DNA of 63,479 nt, the filler included, from Octopus bimaculoides (taxonomy: Eukaryota): NCBI RefSeq assembly GCF_001194135.2. It is 3 parts of 3 records of this genome, joined end to end, with 100 filler letters (N's around TTAATTAATTAA, not from the genome) between each part and the next. Parts side by side here need not be neighbours in the genome. Positions count along the whole stretch, not along the records: positions 38,046 to 63,479 come from NC_068982.1; 2 more parts are not named here. One strand, 5' to 3'. Shown piece after piece: positions 51,386-63,479 of the stretch. How positions within the stretch are numbered: position 1 is the stretch's first letter; each line of letters starts with the position of its first letter. The notes below the pieces were generated by a model, which was given only the letters and a program-made list of their open reading frames with translations, did no database searches and had not been told where the DNA came from. The position numbers were made by a program, and so were the translations under genes.

Positions 51386-54309
51386 ATACGTTAACAACTT
51401 TTTTCACGTCTTAATTATGGCAAATTAAGTGTTGAAATTTTGTATTGATATTTAATTGCTAACGATAATAGCATTCGTCATTCCACTTTAATCTTCAGCA
51501 GACATACTCATCAACAAGTAATCCAACTGGTAAACACCAAACGGTGCATTTCCTTCATGATCAGAGACCTCAGAAACATCCGCCGGTAGAATGTGACTGG
51601 AATCTATGAGTTTACTGCTATTAAGGAAATCGGATATTCTTGATTTCATCATGCTCCAGCCTCTGACTTTTCTACTTCACGGGTAATCACTATTCCTCGG
51701 AGCAGCTAGTCATGTGCGATCGTCACCCAAGCCTGCTCGACTCACTCTCCATTACACTCGTCACTCATATTCCTTTTTTTTTTTTTTTTTTTTGACACTC
51801 CACTGACATTTTGACAGCTCTTTCTTCCTCATGACGTCAGTCCCATAGCAAAGTAAATAAGAAAGTAAAACATGTTTGTATTTCTCCTGAAGCTTTTTTG
51901 TTGCAAGAAGACCATCAAGGAAGTTTATCCCACCAGTCACGCAAGAGATTTACAAAGGCCATGGCACACCACCACTTACTCTAACTTAAGCTACTACATA
52001 TGTGCGCATGTAAATGCAAATGTGTGTGTTTGCGTGTGTGTATGCGAGTGTGTGCGTGTTTGTGTGCATCTGTGTCTGTGTGTATGTATATATGTATGTA
52101 TGCATATATGTATGTATATATGTATGTATGTATGTAAGCATATATGTATGTATGTGTGTGTATGTACGTATTATGTATGTATGTATGTATGTATGTATGT
52201 ATGTATGTATGTATTATAAAGATAATGTGAGATAAGTGAGAGTAACTAGAAGGAAGATGCATTGTTGATCTGAGATGTGAATATGATCGATCTATATGCA
52301 CGATATTTATTTTTTTTGCGAAAACTGAAGCAACAGTTACCGACAAAAAAAAAAGAGAGAAAACTCTTACGTACTCGAAATCTGTTTATTTTTCAGCCGA
52401 ATATGAGATAGTTGAGCAACAATTGAGAACAGGAATTATATAAGGAGCATGTTAAGAAAATGTATACAAACCATCTGCTTAATGATGTTTATGATGTTCA
52501 GATTAACAAATGAAATTATATTGTTGAATAACTGTTTTTCTTTTCTAGCTTCAGCAATGATGTCTGCTTTATCTTCACTTATATTTATTAATGACAGAAT
52601 AACTGGCTCTGTATGATTTCTTCCATGTCTTTCTGTATTAGTCCGTGCAATGTAATTCTAGTCATACGTTGATAGCTTTCTCATGGTTTCATACTTTTAT
52701 TTAAAATACTTTATTGCAAATTTGAAGATAAATATTTCGTGTTGAATCTGTATTAATAATTAATTACTAATGATAGCGGTTAATAATAATTATTTATAGA
52801 ATTTTGAAATAGCAATTTTATAATAAAGCAGACTAATGAAAGTTAATGGACTTACTGCTCTAATGACTGCTATCTAATATGCGAATGCTTGAATGAGACG
52901 CTAAAAATCGAAGCCAAATCTTCTTGTAATGATATACTAAATTCTTGAACTGGCAGAATCGTTAGAGCGCCGGGCACAATGCTTAGGAGTATTTCATCCG
53001 TCTTTACGTTCTGAGTTCCAATTCAACCGAGGCCAACTTTGCCTTTCATTATTTCGGGGTCGATAAAATAAAGTACCAGTTGAGCACTGGGGGTTGATGT
53101 AATCGACTTACCCATTCCCCACAAAAAAATTGCTGGCCTTGTGCCAAAACTTAAAGCTATTATAACATTGTGGTACAACAAGTAATCTTATGGGATACAG
53201 CTCCACCAGTTTTGCAGAAACTATCCATGTAAGTATAAGAGACAGTTAAGAAAGTGACCGAAACCGTTCTTTCGTCCATGGCCCTTTACAACATCACGAA
53301 ATCTACTAAAGAAGGAGTTCATATGCATCTGTACCAAATCTTTCTTCTTCTTCTTCTTCTTCTTCTTCTTCTTCTTCTTCTTCTTCTTCTTCTTCTTCTT
53401 CTTCTTCTTCTTCTTCTTCTTCTCTTCCTCCTCCTTCTCCTCTTTCTCCTCCTCCTTCTTCTTCTTCAGAAGTCTTTCTCCCATTTCTTCTTTCTTTTAT
53501 AGGAATCTTTCTCCTATAAACTCTCACAACTAACAACACTCTCTCCTGCTTTGCTTTTAGTTATGTTCACTGTATCTACAGATTTTTACTCAGAGATGAA
53601 TTATTTGAGGTACCTGAAGCTACTGGAATTATTTGAAAAACATTCGCAAGGTTTTCACAGAAGTTTTTCGTGTTATTCAGTATTCCTGACACTTCCATAA
53701 TGTTCAGTTTATCTAAACAGCAATGATGTCTATATTATCTTCACTGGAATTAAGTATTGTTTCTGTTTAATATCTACTATGTCTTTCTAAACAGTCCGAA
53801 TATTATAAATCCAAAATGTTTCGAAAATGCTTATTTCCAATATCTACAATGCTGAGAAGCATCTAGAGTGGGTTTTAAGAATTGTTTTAATTCAGCCCGG
53901 ATTTCGGATTGTTGGGTTTTTACAGCAGTGAAAGGTGTTGGTGAGTGCAGACACACCCATAATTACTAACCACTATGAACACCACCAATCCCCACGACGG
54001 TTAAAATCACTACCACTCATACCAACTGGTACTAAGTCATTATCACCATCACTACTACAGCCACAACCAACCACGATCAGCCACCACCAATACCATCATC
54101 ACCACCACCAAGACCACCGTCACTGCAGCCAACACCTTCACAACATCTTCACCGCAGACTCTGTCAAACAGGCAAACCAACAAGGACACCTACACGTAGT
54201 CTTTCAATGTGCTAAAATAGCAACTAAATCTCTCTCACAATACATCCTACCACTTTGAAAAGGAAATGGACCATACTAGATGATATCTTACTATCTTACA
54301 TCAGGCATG

Positions 54310-54694
54310 GTGGAGGCGCAATGGCCCAGTGGTTAGGGCACCAGACTCGCGGTCATAGGATCGTGGTTTCGATTCCCAGACCGGGCGTTGTGAGTGTTTA
54401 TTGAGCTAAAACACCTAAGGCTCCATGAGGCTCCGACAGGGGATGGTGGCGAACCCTGCTGTACTCTTTCACCACAACTTTCTCTCACTCGTTCTTCCTG
54501 TTTCTGTTGTACCTGTATTTCAAAGGGGCCAGCCTTGTCACACTGTGTCACGCTGAATGTCGCTGAGAACTACGTTATGAGTACACGTGTCTGTGGAGTG
54601 CTCAGCCACTTGCACGTTAATTTCACGAGCAGGTTGTTCCGTTGATCGGATCGACTGGAACCCTCGACGTCGTAAGCGACGGAGTGCCAACAAC
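54310..54694 (+). mobile_element. Family A SINE, full length
   Basis: Same structure; TSD atcaggcatg (54300-54309, 54695-54704). Confidence 0.9.
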
Positions 54695-55087
54695 ATCAGG
54701 CATGGTCGATCGTTTTCGAGAAACAGGCCGCATAATACATAGTTCATTGTCAGGCGGCGGTGGTGGTGGTGGTGGTGGTGGTCTTGCAACTGCCTTTGTT
54801 GTTGCAAGACCAACTGCCTTTGTTGTTGTTGTGTTGGTGGTGTTATCGAAAGTGATAGTGATGGTAATGGTGGCGGTTGTCATGTAGAGGTGGTGGTGGT
54901 GATGGCGGTGACGGTGCCGATGGCGATAGTGGTGGCTGCTGGGAGGTGGACGAGAAATCGTAGCGGTTCTTTTAGCCATAAGAGCAACGGTTGGAATGGG
55001 GGGGGGATAACAACAGTAACAACAACAATAACCAAAGGTAAGCAGCAGCAAAGGTGAGGTGAGTCAACAAAGACATCAACGACGATA

Positions 55088-55682
55088 ACAAGAACAATAT
55101 TTGTTTCAAATTTTGGCACAAGGCCAGTAATGTTCGGGGAGGGGAATAAGTCGAGGGGAATAATCGACCCCAGTCCTCCACTGGCACTTATCTTATCGAT
55201 TCCGAAAGGATGAAAAGCAAAGTCAACCTCAGCGGAATATAGACTAGCAAGAAGAAGAAGAAGAAGAAGAAGAAGAAGAATGGGTTTCAAATTTTACCAC
55301 AAGGGCAGCGATTTTGTGGGTGGGGATAAGTCACTTACATCAGCCCCAAAGCTCAACTGCTACTTATTTTACCAACCTCGAAAGGATAAAAGACAAAGTC
55401 GACCTCGGCAGAATTTGAACACAGAACGGACGAAACATTTTGCCCAGCATGATAACGATTCTTCCAGCTCGCCGCCTTATGGCAAGATCAATATTCTTTT
55501 CTACTCTAGGCACAAGGCCCGAAATTTTTGGGGGAAGGGGCTAGTAAATTAGATTGACCCCAGTACGCAACTGGTACTTAATTTATCGACCTCGACGGAA
55601 TTTGAACTCAGAACATAAAGACAGACGAAATGCTGCAAAGCATTTTGCCTGGCATGGTAACAGTTCTACCAGCTCGCCGCCT
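55088..55682 (-). mobile_element. Chain of three family B SINEs
   Basis: Copies at about 55088-55235, 55250-55477 and 55493-55682; the last is flanked by the 15-bp direct repeat tatggcaagatcaat. Confidence 0.75.
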
Positions 55683-55957
55683 TATGGCAAGATCAATGTT
55701 GATAAACAGATGAACCTGTTTCCAGTACAAAAATATTAAAAAGAAAGTCAACTGGTCACTTGTGGTGTCAGGTAATCACTACAAGCTCAATGAAAATAGT
55801 ACCTTCCTTGTCACTGCATTACTTCGCCGTCTTATTACTAAGTATTAAATTAACTCAGGTGCGGAGGGATTTCTTTCGTTTTCCTCCATTTACATCAGTG
55901 TGTGTGTATGTATGTATGTATGGATATATATACATACATATATATGTGTGTGTGTGT

Positions 55958-56014
<57 letters not shown>

Positions 56015-56032
56015 GTGTGTGTNNNNNNNNNN

Positions 56033-56073
<41 letters not shown>

Positions 56074-56403
56074 GTAGGGGTAGATGTTATATAGGAAGGA
56101 GAGAAAGAAAGCAAATGTAAACTTTAAAGGAGATTTTATAAGTGAAGAAGTAAGAAAAAGGCAATGTGGAGAAATGAAAATAGAAAGAAATAGATATATT
56201 GTAAGGGGAAGGATAAAATGAAAACTGAGAAGCGGCGTGGGTGGGGAAAGAAAACAAATTATACTTAATAATTATGTCTTAAAACATATCTGTAAAAGCG
56301 GAGATTAAAATAACAGAACGAGAGAATTAGATATATNNNNNNNNNNNNNNNNNNNNNNNNNNNNNNNNNNNNNNNNNNNNNNNNNNNNNNNNNNNNNNNN
56401 NNN

Positions 56404-56490
56404 GAGTAGGAGGGAGAAGGAGAAAGAGTAGGAGGGAGAAGGAGAAAGAGTAGGAGGGAGAAGGAGAAAGAGTAGGAGGGAGAAGAAGGG
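56404..56490 (+). repeat. 22-bp minisatellite gagtaggagggagaaggagaaa, about 4 copies
   Basis: Directly visible next to a gap. A 16-bp cgtacgtacacacaca repeat follows at about 56786-56890. Confidence 0.85.
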
Positions 56491-56614
56491 GAGTAGAGGT
56501 GATAGTAAGTGGAAAGGGCGTGGGGGAGGAGACGAGAGAAAAACCGCGTGAAATTGATAGCAAGGGAAGGGAAAATAAAACCATTTGCGTGTGTGTTGTA
56601 TGTGTGTGTGTATG

Positions 56615-56647
<33 letters not shown>

Positions 56648-57865
56648 ATTTTTTTTATAAGTGTGTGTGTGTGTATACCCTATATTTGTATTTAAATGTG
56701 TGCGCGTGTGTGTAAATGAAAAGGGTATCTCTATGCACTATACACATACGCACACATATTCAGATAACAACCCTACATTGCACACGCGTACGTACACACA
56801 CACACGTACGTACACACACACACGTACGTACACACACACACGTACGTACACACACACGCGTACGTACACACACACGTACGTACACACATACCAAATTTGT
56901 CAATGGTTTGTAAACTAAAAATAAACATAAAACGAAATAAACAAACAAACATATAAATAAATAAAAGTTCTGACAGGTTCAGCGGACATACAAATCAGTC
57001 GTTCCTTTACGGCGGGGTGTTAGACGGGTGAGCGGGTACCGCAATTAACAATTCTTATTACACTTACAAGCATGTCAGCCAGTTGTGATTTGGAGTTGTT
57101 GCGTGAAGGCGCAAGAGGCAGAAATTAAGAAAGAAATTACATTTAATTTCTTTGTTGTTTGCTGCGATATTATAGACAATAAACAAATAAACGGATTTAG
57201 ATATTAAATAACGCTGAAATATTAAATCGAAAGAAGAGAAATACGTTGTTTTATAAACGTATGAAAAGTGTGGATTTACAAATTAGCGTGATACAGAAAA
57301 GAAAAAAAATAAGTACTAGGTATGTATTTATTTGTCATTAGCTTTATTAGCTTTTTTTGTTTGTACTTTCTGTGAGATTTTTTTTCGTTTTCGTTTTATT
57401 TGTACATTGTCGTCCAGATCATGACAATCGATCGTGAATATCGAATGCTGTAATGAGTAATGATCAGACATAATCATGCACAGTTAGTTCGTTGACGTTA
57501 TTCTGATCCTTCGAATACCGATGCACACATGCAGACATATCCAGCCGTGTGTGTGAGTGTGCGCGTGTGATACACACACACACACACATAAATATACATA
57601 TTTACAGATATAAATATATACACATATGAAAATATATGTATATACACACAAATATATACATATATATATATGTAGAGACATACAAACAAATATATGTATA
57701 TACATACAAATATATATATATACATACATACACACATTCACACATACATATGTAAATATATTTGTATATATGCGTGTTTGTAAATTTGTGTGTGTATCTG
57801 GTATATATACATACATACATAGACATACATACGTGCATACATACGTACATACATACATACATACA

Positions 57866-57896
<31 letters not shown>

Positions 57897-58189
57897 GTAC
57901 GTACATACATACATNNNNNNNNNNNNNNNNNNNNNNNNNNNNNNNNNNNNNNNNNNNNNNNNNNNNNNNNNNNNNNNNNNNNNNNNNNNNNNNNNNNNNN
58001 NNNNNNNNNNNNNNNNNNNNNNNNNNNNNNNNNNNNNNNNNNNNNNNNNNNNNNNNNNNNNNNNNNNNNNNNNNNNNNNNNNNNNNNNNNNNNNNNNNNN
58101 NNNNNNNNNNNNNNNNNNNNNNNNNNNNNNNNNNNNNNNNNNNNNNNNNNNNNNNNNNNNNNNNNNNNNTATATATATATATATATGTA

Positions 58190-58410
58190 TGTGTGTATGT
58201 TTGTATGTGTGTGTTTGTCCCCCCAACATCGCTTGACAACCGATGCTGGTGTGTTTATGTCCCCGTAACTTAGCGGTTCGGCAAAAGCGATCGATAGAAT
58301 AAGTACTAGGCTTCTAAAGAATAAGTCCTGGGGTCGATTTGCTCGACTAAAAGGCGGTGCTCCAGCATGGCCACAGTCAAAAGACTGAAACAAGTAAAAG
58401 AGTAAAAGAG
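58190..58410 (+). mobile_element. Family C SINE 3' part with (GTAAAAGA)n tail
   Basis: gtccccccaacatcgcttgacaaccgatgctggtg...gactgaaacaagtaaaagagtaaaagag. Other copies at about 1-141 (-), 23228-23520 (-), 25215-25367 (-), 27735-27960 (+), 41570-41720 (-), 59378-59690 (-). Confidence 0.8.
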
Positions 58411-58650
58411 TATATATATATATATATATGCGTACACACACATGCATGTAGATATATATTGGAGGGTCTGCATGCACTGGTATATGGTGTAGAATTATTA
58501 CGATAAAGATATGTGTGCATTTAATAAGTATGAAAAAGTTTCCTTATAATTAAAACTCGAAATGAGTAGCATAATACAAATGCAGATTACAAGATGAAAC
58601 TCTCTATACCACTGCAGATGCGTGTATATATATATATATATATATACATT

Positions 58651-58684
<34 letters not shown>

Positions 58685-58691
58685 AAGCTAA

Positions 58692-58761
<70 letters not shown>

Positions 58762-60515
58762 TCGTATATACATGCTCACACTGACACACAAATACGCACA
58801 GACGGCACATGGATCTCTTGTCTGTATGTATACGTTGTCTAGGTAAATATTTACAATATATGTGTGCTGGGTGCTAGTAAGTTTTATGTCAAATAACCAG
58901 AGGATATTTTGAGATAACGCTTCAAACTTATTTGCCCTGTCCTAAATTATTTTACATTATTTTCATTTTTCCGTTTGGTTTATCATCTTCTCGCTAGTTT
59001 CATTTCTCATTTCACTAATTCACGTTTATTTTATGCATTTTTTTTTTTTACTAAATACTTTTAAGATCTCACTTGTATGCTTGAATTTGTGTAAGTAAGG
59101 TTTTGGCATGCAGTAAGTACTATCTCGAGATCTAGGACTCATTCATAAGTTACATGGTTTTCATGACGTATAAGTAACTGAGAGCAAAACACAGCCCTTC
59201 AACGTGACCCAAGTCAATCACAGGGTTATTCATTTGCAGCTGAGTGGACTGGAACAACGAGAAATGAAGTATTTTACTTCAGTGGTTCTCAACCAGGGTC
59301 CATATGGCTCTTGGTTCGGGTGGAGGAATCCATACAAGATTTTCTATTAAAATTTATTGGTTACAATTCCACAAACTCTCTCTTTTACTCTTTTACTTAT
59401 TTCAGTCATTTAACTGCGGCCATGCTGGAGCACCGCCTTTCGTCGAGAAAATCGACCCTAGGACTTATTCTTTGGAAGCCTAGTACTTATTCTATCGGTC
59501 TTTTTTGCCGAACCGCTAAGTTAAGGGGACGTAAACATACCAGCATCGGTTGTCAAGCGATGTTGGGGGGACAAACACAAACATATACAAGCACATACAT
59601 ATATACATATATACATATATACGACGGGCTTCTTTCAGTTTCCGTCTACCAAATCCACTCACAAAGCTTTGGTCGGCCCGAGGCTATAGTNNNNNNNNNN
59701 NNNNNNNNNNNNNNNNNNNNNNNNNNNNNNNNNNNNNNNNNNNNNNNNNNNNNNNNNNNNNNNNNNNNNNNNNNNNNNNNNNNNNNNNNNNNNNNNNNNN
59801 NNNNNNNNNNNNNNNNNNNNNNNNNNNNNNNNNNNNNNNNNNNNNNNNNNNNNNNNNNNNNNNNNNNNNNNNNNNNNNNNNNNNNNNNNNNNNNNNNNNN
59901 NNNNNNNNNNNNNNNNNNNNNNNNNNNNNNNNNNNNNNNNNNNNNNNNNNNNNNNNNNNNNNNNNNNNNNNNNNNNNNNNNNNNNNNNNNNNNNNNNNNN
60001 NNNNNNNNNNNNNNNNNNNNNNNNNNNNNNNNNNNNNNNNNNNNNNNNNNNNNNNNNNNNNNNNNNNNNNNNNNNNNNNNNNNNNNNNNNNNNNNNNNNN
60101 NNNNNNNNNNNNNNNNNNNNNNNNNNNNNNNNNNNNNNNNNNNNNNNNNNNNNNNNNNNNNNNNNNNNNNNNNNNNNNNNNNNNNNNNNNNNNNNNNNNN
60201 NNNNNNNNNNNNNNNNNNNNNNNNNNNNNNNNNNNNNNNNNNNNNNNNNNNNNNNNNNNNNNNNNNNNNNNNNNNNNNNNNNNNNNNNNNNNNNNNNNNN
60301 NNNNNNNNNNNNNNNNNNNNNNNNNNNNNNNNNNNNNNNNNNNNNNNNNNNNNNNNNNNNNNNNNNNNNNNNNNNNNNNNNNNNNNNNNNNNNNNNNNNN
60401 NNNNNNNNNNNNNNNNNNNNNNNNNNNNNNNNNNNNNNNNNNNNNNNNNNNNNNNNNNNNNNNNNNNNNNNNNNNNNNNNNNNNNNNNNNNNNNNNNNNN
60501 NNNNNNNNNNNNNNA

Positions 60516-60797
60516 CACCTAAAGCTCCACGAGGCTCTGGCAGGGGGGTTGTGGCGAACCCTGCTGTACTCTTTCACCACAACTTTCTCTCACTCTTTCT
60601 TCCTGTTTCTGTCGTACCTTTATTTCAAAGGGTCAGCCTTGTCACACTCTGTGTCACGCTGAATATCCCCGAGAACTACGTTAAGGGCACACGTGTCTGT
60701 GGAGTGCTCAGCCACCTGCACGTTAATTTCACGAGCAGGCTGTTCCGTTGATCGGATCAACTGGAACCCTCGTCGTCGTAACCGACGGAGTGCCAAC
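60516..60797 (+). mobile_element. Family A SINE, 5' end lost in the N gap
   Basis: Body and GTGCCAAC tail match the other copies. Confidence 0.85.
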
Positions 60798-61224
60798 AGC
60801 ATTTTACCTTCTGAGTTCAAATGGCACTTTGCTTTTGAATCCTCCTGGGCTCGATAAAATAAAGTATAAGAGCAGGATAGTGTATTCGAAGAATGGTTAG
60901 AGCTTCGGGCAAAATGCCTTCTGATATGCGCTTCACTTCTTAACGATGTGATTCCCCAAACCGTTCTTATTCTTGCTATTCATTAGAACAATAATGATTG
61001 AGTGGAAAAGGTTAACATGCTGCTTGATCAACACAGCTAAAAGGACCTTGCCAGCCAAGCCTGCATTCTAGACAGGAACTTTCGAGCTACAAGTGATTGG
61101 TCAAGCGTGATTGTAGTGTGGTGGGGAGACCTTAAAATTAAATTTCTATCGGTATGTGCAGCTGCTAGTGCGTGTTTGTATGAGCGTGTGTGTGTACATG
61201 TGTGTATGTGTGTGCGTGTGTGTG

Positions 61225-61256
<32 letters not shown>

Positions 61257-61289
61257 AACGTACGCTGATGTATACTGTTGTTATTATTT

Positions 61290-62435
61290 TTGAATCATGA
61301 GCACGCCGGGCAAAATACTTTGTGGTATTTCGTCCGTCCTTACGTTCTGAGTTCAAATTCTGCCGAGGTCGACTTACCCTTTTGTCCTTTCGAATTCGAT
61401 AAAATAAGTACCATTTACGCACTGGGTTCGATGTAAACGACTAGTTCCCTCCCCAAAATTGCTGGCCTTATGCCTTTGGTAGATTATTTATGAATCGTTA
61501 GCATGCCGGATAAAATGTTTCGCGGCATTTCGTCCGTCTTTATGTTCTGAGTTCAAATTCCGCGGAGGTTAACTTTGCCTTTCATCATTTCGGCATCGAT
61601 AAAATAAGTACCAGTCGAGAACTAGGGAGCAAGGGTCAATGCAATCGACTCACCTCCTCTCCTTAAATTGTTGGCCTCGCGCCAAAATTTGAAACCATTA
61701 TTTTGACAAATTCGTTGGAACGTCAGGAAAATATTTAGCGATTTTTCTTCCGACACCTTACATTCTAATCCAAACCCTGCTGAAGTCATCTTTACCTTTA
61801 ATCATTCTGGTATCGATAAAATAAGCACCAGTCTAGTATTGGAGTCGATGGTATCGACTACTGCTCCTCCCCTCAAAACTACTGGGCCTGTATCTAAATC
61901 AGAAAGCATTACTTTGGCAAAGTCGTTAGGGCGCCAGGAAAATGCTTTGCAGTCTTTCTTCCAGCTCTTTGCATTCTAGTTCAAATACTGCCGAGGCTAG
62001 CTTTGCCTTTCATTCCTCTAAGGGACGATAAAATAAAGTACCAGTTAAGTACTGGAGTCGAGGTAATCGATTAAACTCCCCTCAAAATTACTGACTTTGC
62101 GATTAAATTGCAGACTAATAGGCTGGTGGATTGACAGAATCGTTAGCACACCGGAGAAAATACCTTACGGTGTTTCTCCAGTTCTTTGTACTCTGGGTTC
62201 GAAACCCAACCGGGGTCAGCTTCGTCTTTCATCCCTTTGGGGGTCGATAAACTAAATTACAAGTCAAGTATTGGAGTCAATGTAACTAGCTAACCCCTTC
62301 TTCTCAACTATTGCTGACTTTATACCTAAATTTTTTTTAAATAATTTAGCAAAATCATTAGAACGTCGATATAACTACCTTTACCGATGCCCCAAATTTT
62401 TTGGCCCTATACCTATGTTCGAAATCATTATTTCA
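61290..62435 (+). mobile_element. Head-to-tail array of five to six diverged family B SINEs, period about 210 bp
   Basis: Recurring units gaatcgttag...gttcaaat...tcgataaaataagtaccag...gcct...aaa.ttgaaa..att starting near 61290, 61490, 61703, 61913, 62131 and 62347. Confidence 0.75.
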
Positions 62436-63479
62436 CTGTCGGGGAGCCATAACCAGACAGATTTCTATTCAGAGACGTTCCAACCATGACCATTTCGAGT
62501 TTCTAGTGCTTTTTCTACGACCGTAATATTTAGTCTGTCTTTTCCATTATAAAGACAGTATGTAGATTTCATTACAATCAACCGTTTAAAGGCCTCCTTT
62601 TTTATTGTTGTTGTTATTGCTCCTATCGTTGTTTCGCTCTAGGCCAGTCTTGATTAATCAAATCTACCATCTAAGGCTGTTACTGTGACTGCCTTGTGTT
62701 TTCTTTTATTTTCCTTTAGCAGTGACTTGGACCACATTATAATCAACATGACTATCATCTCTTTTTCCTGTACAGATAAAACTTTGCAACGCTTTGACGT
62801 TCTAAGGGAAATGTTGCGATCTTGATCACTTATACGCTATGGAAACTAAGGACCAGCCCTTTGAGTTCTGGGACTGGAGACGGTAAATCAAGGTTTGATG
62901 ATGACAAAACCTAAGCTGACATTATCGGTCTCATTTATATAGTGAGAGAGGATTCATTACTGTTTCTAAAAATATCAGGGGTTCACATAGTGGCTCCCTA
63001 ATTTATGTAGTCAATTGGTGGAAACTAAAGCTTCAAACAAACACACTATTACTTCGATTAAATATATAAATGAACTCCATGCCGTGTCTTAAATATTCTG
63101 TTTTCATTTTCACAAATCATAATAATGTATATTGTTTAATCTTCTATTCTCAAATGGGAAATATGGCTCCGACGATCCGACGCCATTCAGACCAAGTCTT
63201 TAACAACTTTTTATAATTTACATGTAAGATTCATTTCTCTCGGCTTGTATACAAGTGATCGTCTACGCAAAGTGATCTTTGACTATCCAGGCTTTTACTT
63301 TCCAGGTGGTGTCTATTTTCATACTACCTTTGATAACCTGTCCCACTGGATGTTGACTACGCGGTCTTGCATATAGAGCCGCCGGCATTTTAATTTAAGT
63401 ACTATACTATTACAACCATTTACCAGAATACAGCTCCACACATACACACATACAGTCACAGACATATATATATGTATAT

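Noticed and set aside
53155-53200. SYYN-like peptide as the possible next SERT exon
   Set aside because: It directly follows a SINE tail, has no acceptor, and the flanking residues do not match TM3.
56960-57520. Unique CpG-rich stretch with a minus-strand GTAAGT donor at about 57067
   Set aside because: No acceptor, ORF or recognisable RNA structure could be supported; too weak to call.
4448-60662. Many long ORFs in the supplied track (e.g. 8071-9135, 38937-39979, 40088-41434, 59311-60662)
   Set aside because: They are open only because they run through N gaps and dinucleotide or tetranucleotide repeats.
61290-62435. CRISPR-like or other repeat-spacer system
   Set aside because: Eukaryotic context; the units are diverged SINE bodies with no conserved repeat and unique spacer pattern.
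63140-63400. Unique-looking sequence with short ORFs near the window end
   Set aside because: No recognisable motif in any frame; probably old transposon debris.

Overview
AT-rich, microsatellite- and retroposon-dense eukaryotic DNA with many N gaps. The repeat families look cephalopod, most likely Octopus (inference from sequence style, not a database hit). The window holds one clear 135-bp coding exon (2576-2710, +) of an SLC6 serotonin transporter (SERT/SLC6A4-like); I found no further SERT exon, so most of the window is probably one very large intron. Inside it, on the minus strand, I found phase-compatible exons (30252-30363 and 25526-25659, probably also 31461-31577) that splice into a fasciclin (FAS1) domain, i.e. 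a candidate nested antisense gene. It lies within a ~20-kb block (about 17.5-37 kb) where repeat copies have lost their CpGs, which suggests a methylated gene body. The rest is a transposon archive. A pogo/Tigger element is hit by two related GGATC-ended MITEs with 8-bp TSDs and by a SINE. There are also mariner relics, a near full-length Tx1/L1-type LINE, an R4/Dong LINE at a TAA-rich site, RTE and CR1 fragments, at least three SINE families (some in chains), Penelope-like ends with hammerhead-like motifs, and palindromic MITEs. All calls are by eye, with no alignments or searches run.
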